Shown here piece by piece: positions 57,137-64,000 of a stretch of DNA of 64,000 nt. Every line of letters begins with the position of its first letter. Within the stretch, counting starts at the first letter, position 1. Under the pieces are notes generated by a model. It was not told the origin of the DNA. It did no database searches and was given only the letters and a program-made list of their open reading frames with translations. This DNA comes from a candidate division WOR-3 bacterium (lineage in GTDB: Bacteria > Hydrothermota > Tepidihabitantia > Tepidihabitantales > Tepidihabitantaceae): contig JBBISL010000001.1 of NCBI GenBank assembly GCA_037441285.1, positions 88,899 to 152,898 on the forward strand, read 5' to 3'. Both the position numbers and the translations under genes were made by a program.

Positions 57137-57805
57137 ATCCAGCGCCGCATACCTTTATTGATTGTCCTTATCACCGGTATCTTTGGTGCCGTTGCCTTCT
57201 TTGTTCCCTATCCCGCAATCCGCAGTGCCGATGAGATTATGCGCAACGATGTCCAGCGCATCATCGCCGCTTTCAGTCTTGTGCTCGGTGTCGGTTCAAT
57301 CGTTCAGCACCACCTGATTAAAATTCAACGCAAAACCCAATTCTGGCAATACAGTTACATCACTCTTATCGCCCTGGTTGTTACCGCAATTATCGGCTTA
57401 TTTGGCGGTATTGATGTCACCCGCCCTGGAATTTTACCAACGCGTATCGGCAACTTCTCATTCCACATTCAAACGATTTACTCCAATATGATGGTTCCCC
57501 TTGCCGCGACGATGTTTTCGCTTTTAGCCTTCTTTATGTCTTCTGCCGCCTATCGTGCCTTCCGGGCACGCAACCTTGAAGCAACGCTGTTACTCCTTGC
57601 CGCATTCATAATGATGCTGGGCGCAGTTCCGCTCGGTAGACTGATTCATCACCAACTGCCCGCTTTCGCTGAATGGATCCTTGCCGTGCCCAATACCGCT
57701 TCTAAACGGGGCATCCTGTTTGGCGTTGAATTGGGTATCTTCGCCACCTCATTGAAAATCATTCTCGGTATTGAACGCGGCTGGTTGGGTGGAGGTGGAA
57801 AATGA
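57137..57805 (+). CDS. multi-pass membrane protein of the DUF6754 cluster
   Basis: About 6 hydrophobic helices, ATMFSLLAFFMSSAAYRAFRARN, LKIILGIER; start uncertain (ATC 57137 after AAGGAGGT, or TTG 57158). Confidence 0.75.
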   Translation: MQRRIPLLIVLITGIFGAVAFFVPYPAIRSADEIMRNDVQRIIAAFSLVLGVGSIVQHHLIKIQRKTQFWQYSYITLIALVVTAIIGLFGGIDVTRPGILPTRIGNFSFHIQTIYSNMMVPLAATMFSLLAFFMSSAAYRAFRARNLEATLLLLAAFIMMLGAVPLGRLIHHQLPAFAEWILAVPNTASKRGILFGVELGIFATSLKIILGIERGWLGGGGK

Positions 57806-58698
57806 GCACCCCCCGGGAAAACATACTTATCCGACTTCAGAAAATTGACCGCCGCTGGATTTACCTTGTGCTGTGGTTAGTGGTGATGATACCATTGCTT
57901 TTCCCGTTTAGAATTAAACCTCAACCTTCATCAACGGTAGAAAAACTTTTTAACTACATTGATACAATGCCGGAAAACAAGGCGCTGGCGATTTCCGTTG
58001 ACTTCACTCCTGACACCAGAGCTGAACTCCAGCCAATGGTTGTTGCTTTAATGCGCCATGCCTTTGCCCAGAAACGCCGGGTAGGAATTCTCGCCATTTC
58101 GGTTTACGGATTGGGATTAGCAGAGGAAGCAATTCAGCAGGTAACAACCGAATTCAACAGCAATGCCCGAACCCGTGAAGACTCCATTATCTATGGTGAA
58201 GACTATGTATTCTGGGGCTGGACAACGCCGGTACTCACCGTGATGCTCGGTATGGGTGAACGCATTACCAGTGTCTTCCCGGTTGACTACTATGGCAATC
58301 GCACCGAAAGCCTGCCGATTATGCGTCACATCAAAAATTATGACGATATCGGCATTCTCGTGACAATCGCCGCTTCTGCAATCCCCCGGTCCTGGATAAA
58401 TTACGCTCAGGTCCAATTTGGTGTCAACTTAAGTTGTGGTATCACCGCGGTCTCGGCGGCTGATTTTTACCCGTATGTCAACTCCGGCCAATTCATCGGG
58501 ATGCTTGCCGGAATGAAAGGTGCCGCCGAATATGAGCAACTTGTTGACGAACGAATGAAGAAGAACGGTATGGATTGGGCATTGCGCAATCGAGGTACCG
58601 AAGCGATGTCCTCTCAAACTGCGGCGCACCTGGCGATTATGGCATTTATTCTCATCGGCAACATCGCCTTCTTCGCAACAAGGAGGAGGAGAAAATGA
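57802..58698 (+). CDS. two-TM membrane protein with large soluble domain (DUF6754 cluster)
   Basis: DRRWIYL TM, AELQPM, YGEDYVFWGW, YPYVNSGQFIGMLAGMKGAAEYE, C-terminal TM then RRRRK. Confidence 0.75.
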   Translation: MSTPRENILIRLQKIDRRWIYLVLWLVVMIPLLFPFRIKPQPSSTVEKLFNYIDTMPENKALAISVDFTPDTRAELQPMVVALMRHAFAQKRRVGILAISVYGLGLAEEAIQQVTTEFNSNARTREDSIIYGEDYVFWGWTTPVLTVMLGMGERITSVFPVDYYGNRTESLPIMRHIKNYDDIGILVTIAASAIPRSWINYAQVQFGVNLSCGITAVSAADFYPYVNSGQFIGMLAGMKGAAEYEQLVDERMKKNGMDWALRNRGTEAMSSQTAAHLAIMAFILIGNIAFFATRRRRK

Positions 58699-59339
58699 AC
58701 CTGTCAACCGACCCTTGGGTCTGGATTGCCGCAATTTTGACCCTGGCAATCTTCTCATTTCTTTACAAAGAGAATCCCTTCTACCGTTTTGCTGAACATC
58801 TCTATGTAGGTATTGCCAACGGCTATGCAATAACCTTTTACTGGCATCGGATTCTTGTCCCATCCCTTTTTGACCGGGTTGGGTCTGCCCAAACACCGGT
58901 TTCCACCAAAGTCTGGCTCATCGCCATCGCCATCATCGGCGCCCTTTACTTTACCCGGTTCATCCCGAAAATCTCCTGGCTGATTCGCATTCCCATTGCC
59001 ATTGTCCTCGGTTACGCGTCCGGAACATCAATCCCCCGGGCAATTGACGCCGAACTTATCCGGCAGGCAAAAGCGACCATTGTTACCCGGACGAGTTTTG
59101 CCCACTGGCAGGCAGGACTCTGGGCAGTAATCATCCTCTTCGGCGTTATCGCAACCATCAGTTACTTCTTCTTCTCCACCGAACGTAAAGGTGTTCTTAA
59201 ACCGTTAAGTTATACCGGCATCATTTTCATAATGATTGGGTTTGGCGCCTCATTTGGCTATACGGTAATGGCGCGGCTCTCCTTATTTATTGGCAGACTC
59301 CAGTTCTTATTGGGCGACTGGCTCGGACTGATAAAATAG
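58695..59339 (+). CDS. multi-pass membrane protein (DUF6754 cluster)
   Basis: AAILTLAIFSFLYKENPFYRFAEHLYVG, YFFFS, MIGFGASFGYTVMARLSL; ATG 58695 after AGGAGG. Confidence 0.75.
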   Translation: MNLSTDPWVWIAAILTLAIFSFLYKENPFYRFAEHLYVGIANGYAITFYWHRILVPSLFDRVGSAQTPVSTKVWLIAIAIIGALYFTRFIPKISWLIRIPIAIVLGYASGTSIPRAIDAELIRQAKATIVTRTSFAHWQAGLWAVIILFGVIATISYFFFSTERKGVLKPLSYTGIIFIMIGFGASFGYTVMARLSLFIGRLQFLLGDWLGLIK

Positions 59340-59358
59340 CACCCAAAAATGAGGACAA

Positions 59359-60114
59359 TTAATACTCGCCGCGATTAAAAAAATAGACCGCAAGTAAGGT
59401 GGTCAAAACACTAAAAATGATAAGAAAGCCTAAATCAAAATAAGGGGAATAAAAAGAAAAACCAAGAACCAAACGCCGGACAAGGTCAACTCCATAGGTC
59501 AATGGGTTGATTCGCACCAGAAAATTGAGCCACCAGGGGATTTGACCTTGCAGGGGAAATAAAGCGCCGCTTAAAAACCACATCGGCATTATCACAAAGT
59601 TCATAATTGTCCCAAAACCTTGAAAAGAACTCATTCGCGCGGCGATTATAATGCCGATTCCGGTAAGGGCAAATGACATAACAATGATTACCAGTATTAG
59701 CGGTAATATATTCATAATTTGTAACTTAACGCGAACCAATGGAGCAAGTAATAGGATAATGCTTCCCTGAATCAATGAAAGAGTTGTGCCAGCAAGGGAT
59801 TTTCCAAGAACAATTGATGTCCTTGGCACCGGGGCAACAAGAACCTCTTTTAAAAAACCAAATTCCCGGTCCCAGATAATCGAAATCGCAGACTGAATTG
59901 AAGTAAAGATTGCGGTCATCGCTACGATTCCGGGAAAGATAAACTGTGTGTAGTTAACATTTTGCACGGCGCGAAACCCACCTCGCAAACCAAGCCCGAG
60001 GATAAAAAGCCATAAAATCGGCCTGGTAAGCGACCCGTACAACTGGCTCTTTTCCCGGAAGTACCGAATAATGTCTCTGAGCCACACCATATAAATACAG
60101 GACAGGTCAATCAA
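59359..60114 (-). CDS. ABC-2 type transporter permease (DrrB-like)
   Basis: FIFPGI, WDREFGFLKEVLVAP, FLSGALFP, NPLTYGVD. Confidence 0.9.
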   Translation of the reverse strand: MIDLSCIYMVWLRDIIRYFREKSQLYGSLTRPILWLFILGLGLRGGFRAVQNVNYTQFIFPGIVAMTAIFTSIQSAISIIWDREFGFLKEVLVAPVPRTSIVLGKSLAGTTLSLIQGSIILLLAPLVRVKLQIMNILPLILVIIVMSFALTGIGIIIAARMSSFQGFGTIMNFVIMPMWFLSGALFPLQGQIPWWLNFLVRINPLTYGVDLVRRLVLGFSFYSPYFDLGFLIIFSVLTTLLAVYFFNRGEY

Positions 60115-60125
60115 ATCAACCCCCT

Positions 60126-61116
60126 TTAGCGCCAGCCCCGACCCATACGCCGCAATCTGTATTTTAGTTTTTCGTGCTCTGATGCCTCTTCATCTCTTAT
60201 CTCCCGGCCGGTTAGTTTGAGAAAAACATCGTTAAGCGTCGGTTGATGAATCGAAACCGAAACCACCGGAACGGAAATTTCTTTTATCAAACCCGGCACA
60301 AACTCGGCACCGTTTTTCACCTCAAAGCGTAACCGTTCTCCTTCAACTGTTGGTTCGAGATTGTAGCGCTGCCTGGTTTCAAGAGCAGCGCGGTTATTGT
60401 CCTTGGTGGTTAAGATAACACAATCGCCCTGTAGTTGTGTGCCTTGAGATTTGCCGGCGTATCCAGAGCAATGATTTTGCCATAATCAATTATTGCAATT
60501 CGGTCACAATACTCGGCTTCATCCATATAATGAGTTGTTAGAAAAAGGGTCATTTTCCAGGTTTGCCTGAGCCTTAATAGTCTTTCCCATATGCGGTTAC
60601 GAGTTTGTGGGTCAAGTCCCAGCGTTGGTTCATCCAGAAACAAAACCCGCGGGGTATGAAGTAGCGCTCGAGCAATCTCCAGCCGCCGTTTCATTCCGCC
60701 GGAAAAGTTGCGAACTAACTCATCGGCACGGTCTGCCAGTTCCATCCATTCCAGGGCTTCGGTCACCCTTTTTTGAGTTCGCTCTTGGGAACGCGGTAAA
60801 TCAGGGCATGGAACTTCAAATTTTCTCTTGCGGTTAGCCGGTCATCAAGCGAAGGGTCCTGAAAGATTATGCCAATCGCCCGCCGCACTAAACTCCGTTG
60901 CGAAAGGACATCGTAACCTGCTACCCAAGCCCGACCAGCACTGGGGCGGGTCAAGGTGCAAAGCATCCGTGTCGTAGTAGTTTTACCTGCACCATTGGGT
61001 CCTAAAAAGCCAAAAATCTCACCGATTTTAACTTCAAAGGATATGTGGTCAACCGCAACAAAGCCCTTAAAATCTTTTGTTAATCCGTCTACCTGAATAA
61101 CCGGTGCGCTATTCAC
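60126..61116 (-). pseudogene. DrrA-like ABC ATP-binding protein split by two frameshifts (~60770 and ~60440)
   Basis: GPNGAGKTT, FSGGMKRRLE, LDEPT, TTHYMDEAE and PTLNDVFLKLTG lie in three successive frames. Confidence 0.85.
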
Positions 61117-61125
61117 ATTTGCAAA

Positions 61126-62619
61126 CTAATCCTTCGCCGTGTCAATCTGCGCCTTTTGGAGAACGCCGGAATAATCAACATATACCGTTTTCAACTCTGA
61201 AAAGATTTCATACGCAGTCCAGCCTCCCTCGCGATGGCCATTGCCGGTCTCTTTAACTCCACCAAATGGCAGATGACATTCAGCGCCGATGGTGGGCGCA
61301 TTGACATAGGTGATACCCGCCTCAATCTGTTCAATCGCCTTGAACGCCCGATTCACATCGCGGATATAGATGGAGGAAGAAAGACCATAGGATGTACTGT
61401 TGAGCACACTAATCGCCTCGGCAAAGTCATTAACCTTGATAACCGAGAGCACCGGACCAAAAATCTCCTCCTGGGCAATGCGCATCCCAGGTCTTACATC
61501 GGCAAATATCGTTGGTTTATAGAAAAACCCTTTGTCATAATCGCCACCTTTAAACGGCTCGCCGCCCAAGACCAGTCTTGCTCCTTCACTCTTGCCAACC
61601 TCAACATAACTGTGGACGGTTTTTCGCTGTCCTTCACTGACAAGCGGTCCCATCTCAATGGTCTCGTCAAGTCCATTACCGACTTTCAGTTTCTTCGCGC
61701 GCTCCACAACCATTTCAAGAAATTTGTCATATACCCCGGCTTCAATAATAAGCCGCGATGTTGCAGTACAACGCTGCCCGGTAGTTCCAAACGCACCCCA
61801 GATAACACCTTCCAGTGCCAGTTCTAAATCGGCGTCTCCCATCACGATTTGGGCATTTTTGCCGCCCAGTTCCAGTGAACATCGTTTTAACTGCTTGCCA
61901 CACACCTCGGCAATCCGTCTACCGATAATTGAAGAACCGGTAAAGGAAATACCACAGATATCCGGATGGTTCAAAAGCGCCTCACCAACAACGCTACCTT
62001 CACCATATACGATATTCACTACTCCTGCCGGCACACCGGCTTCGGTCAAAGCAGCAACAAATTCATGCACCGATGCGGGAGTCAATGTTGCCGGTTTAAT
62101 AACAACCGTATTGCCACAAATCAATGCCGGAAAGATTTTCCAGGAAGGGATTGCCATCGGAAAGTTCCAGGGACAAATCATACCCCAAACACCCATTGGT
62201 TGCCGGGTCACAAATGCAACCTTGTTCGGTAACTCGCTGGGCACAAATTTGCCCCAGAGCCTCCGACTCTCACCCGCCGCATATAACCCGGTATCAATCG
62301 CTTCCTGTACATCTCCCCTGGTTTCTTTTAGAACCTTTCCCATCTCCCGTGTCATCAATCGTGCCAGGTCTTCCTTGCGCTTAATCAGTATTTCGGTTGC
62401 CCGCCGGATGATTTCTCCTCTTTTCGGCACGGGCAGGGCACGCCAGCCAGGATATGCCTGCTTTGCCGCTTGAACTGCATCATCGACATCCGCGGGTCCG
62501 GATGATGGAAATATCCCGATTAAGTCATCAATATCTGCCGGGTTGCGATTCTCATAACTTTTACCGGTTTTTGCCGGCACAAACTTGCCGTTGATAAAAT
62601 TCAAGTACTCTTTTGCCAT
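61126..62619 (-). CDS. aldehyde dehydrogenase family protein
   Basis: [38 protein letters not shown]. Confidence 0.95.
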   Translation of the reverse strand: MAKEYLNFINGKFVPAKTGKSYENRNPADIDDLIGIFPSSGPADVDDAVQAAKQAYPGWRALPVPKRGEIIRRATEILIKRKEDLARLMTREMGKVLKETRGDVQEAIDTGLYAAGESRRLWGKFVPSELPNKVAFVTRQPMGVWGMICPWNFPMAIPSWKIFPALICGNTVVIKPATLTPASVHEFVAALTEAGVPAGVVNIVYGEGSVVGEALLNHPDICGISFTGSSIIGRRIAEVCGKQLKRCSLELGGKNAQIVMGDADLELALEGVIWGAFGTTGQRCTATSRLIIEAGVYDKFLEMVVERAKKLKVGNGLDETIEMGPLVSEGQRKTVHSYVEVGKSEGARLVLGGEPFKGGDYDKGFFYKPTIFADVRPGMRIAQEEIFGPVLSVIKVNDFAEAISVLNSTSYGLSSSIYIRDVNRAFKAIEQIEAGITYVNAPTIGAECHLPFGGVKETGNGHREGGWTAYEIFSELKTVYVDYSGVLQKAQIDTAKD

Positions 62620-62630
62620 ATATCCTCCTT

Positions 62631-63086
62631 TTATTTTTTAATTTCATTGGTAACCAGTTGCAATACCTCTTCAACGCTTGTCACTTTTAAAACTCCAGGA
62701 ATATCCCAGGTCTTTAAGCCAATAACCGGTTTGTTCATCTTTAAAGCAAACCCGATTTCTGATAAAGTGCCGTAGGAGCCGCCGATTGCTACCAAGACAT
62801 CCGCAGTTCTTATAATAATCAAATTTCGAGCTTCATGGATACCGGTGACGATTTCGATATCAACAAATTGATTTGCTTCACCCCGATGCGTTCCGGGCAA
62901 AATTCCTACGGTTAAACCGCCTTCCTGTCTTGCACCCTCGCATGCCGCTGCCATTATCCCTCCCAGTCCACCACATATCAGTATTGCCCCCATCCGAGCG
63001 ATTCCCTGGCCAATCTCCTTTGCCATTTGTGCTAAACTATCATCACATTCCCCTGCACCTATTACACCAACATACCTTTTAGTCAT
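62631..63086 (-). CDS. TIGR00725 / LOG-family protein
   Basis: [33 protein letters not shown]. Confidence 0.88.
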   Translation of the reverse strand: MTKRYVGVIGAGECDDSLAQMAKEIGQGIARMGAILICGGLGGIMAAACEGARQEGGLTVGILPGTHRGEANQFVDIEIVTGIHEARNLIIIRTADVLVAIGGSYGTLSEIGFALKMNKPVIGLKTWDIPGVLKVTSVEEVLQLVTNEIKK

Positions 63087-64000
63087 GGCAAAACAGATTG
63101 ATAATTTCAAAGCGACTTACATCTACCAATCCCCGGTCGGTCAGTTTTAATTCCGGAATCACCGGCAGGGCAAGAAACGAAAGGGTAACAAATGGATTCT
63201 CCAACCTTGAACCCCAGCGTTGTGCTTTTTCAATGAGAAGCCGCAAATCCGCCGCCACCTCGTGTGCTGATTTGTTTGACATAAGTCCGGCAATAGGCAG
63301 TGCGAGTTTCGCAACAATTTTGCCTTCTGCCACCGCAACATAACCACCACCCATACTCTTAAGCGCCCGGGCAGCAACGAGCATATCCCGGTCATTCGTA
63401 CCCACAATAATAATATTGTGGGAATCGTGCGCCACGGTCGACCCTAATGCACCCTTCTTAAGCCCAAATCCAGTTACCAGCCCCTTGCCCATTCTTCCCG
63501 AGCCTTTGTGCCTTTCAATCACCACCAATTTTAAAAGGTCCCGTCGGGTGTCTGCCACGACAAAACCATTCTTGACAGTTGGCGCCTGAATATGCCTTTC
63601 CGTTATTATTTGTCCGGGCACAACCCGGATAACATTACACAACTCGCCTTCGGCCTTAATCGCAAAATCCTTTACGGTTAACACAGGTATCCGCACACTG
63701 TTTAAAACCTTTTTATCATCCCGCACCGCAATTTTGGCTTTAAACTGACGGTTTTCAATAACAATTTGACCCGATTTCACAACCATCTGAACATCTACTT
63801 TCTCTAAATCTCCCAAAACCACAATATCCGCCAGATACCCGGGTGCAACCGCCCCCCGGTCTTCAAAACCGAAGTACTCAGCTGGATTCAAAGTCACCAT
63901 CTGGATTGCCTCAATCGGAACTATGCCCAGCGCTATCGCCTTACGCACGACACTATCCAAATGGCCCTCATAAAGCAGGTCTGAAGGGTGCCGGTCATCA
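63079..64000 (-). CDS. ade: adenine deaminase (5' part beyond window)
   Basis: DDRHP...GHLD, TLNPAEYF, APGYLAD, VIERH, STVAHDSHN, LPIAGLMS, FLALPVIPELKLTD. Confidence 0.93.
   Translation of the reverse strand, partial: DDRHPSDLLYEGHLDSVVRKAIALGIVPIEAIQMVTLNPAEYFGFEDRGAVAPGYLADIVVLGDLEKVDVQMVVKSGQIVIENRQFKAKIAVRDDKKVLNSVRIPVLTVKDFAIKAEGELCNVIRVVPGQIITERHIQAPTVKNGFVVADTRRDLLKLVVIERHKGSGRMGKGLVTGFGLKKGALGSTVAHDSHNIIIVGTNDRDMLVAARALKSMGGGYVAVAEGKIVAKLALPIAGLMSNKSAHEVAADLRLLIEKAQRWGSRLENPFVTLSFLALPVIPELKLTDRGLVDVSRFEIINLFCHD

Noticed and set aside
60760..60780. Programmed -1 ribosomal frameshift in the ABC ATPase
   Set aside because: The A6G run is not phased as a canonical X XXY YYZ heptamer, and a second independent frameshift lies downstream
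61234..62473. Long antisense ORFs (197 and 271 aa) opposite the aldehyde dehydrogenase, and similar shadow ORFs elsewhere
   Set aside because: They lie fully opposite conserved genes and have no motifs or RBS; typical antisense shadows

Overview
This 64 kb window is densely packed bacterial core chromosome from a diderm organism (bamD, lptE/F/G, several secreted proteins with T9SS/FlgD-like C-terminal domains). The gene content suggests an anaerobe of an FCB-related candidate lineage such as WOR-3, but that placement is inference. It encodes translation genes (fmt, def, thrS-infC-rpmI-rplT, asnS, tadA, queA, rlmD, arfB, three tRNAs), purine/NAD/thiamine enzymes, polX, xerD, addAB, a small AT-rich glycosylation cluster, secreted peptidases and a four-gene membrane operon of unknown function. 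No IS, prophage or CRISPR array was found. Features read directly from the sequence and missed by the ORF track: (1) a dif-like Xer site at 15087-15114; (2) an unannotated 35-aa very basic ORF with a strong RBS, resembling small ribosomal peptides (49714-49821); (3) widespread leaderless promoters, mostly with 16-bp spacers; (4) a ~140-nt G-U-rich rod-like RNA structure between purE and larA; (5) tadA flanked by its substrate tRNA-Arg(ACG) and by tRNA-Ser; (6) an ATT start for infC; (7) three genes broken by in-frame stops or frameshifts, probably consensus errors. All functional calls come from motif recognition; no database searches were run.
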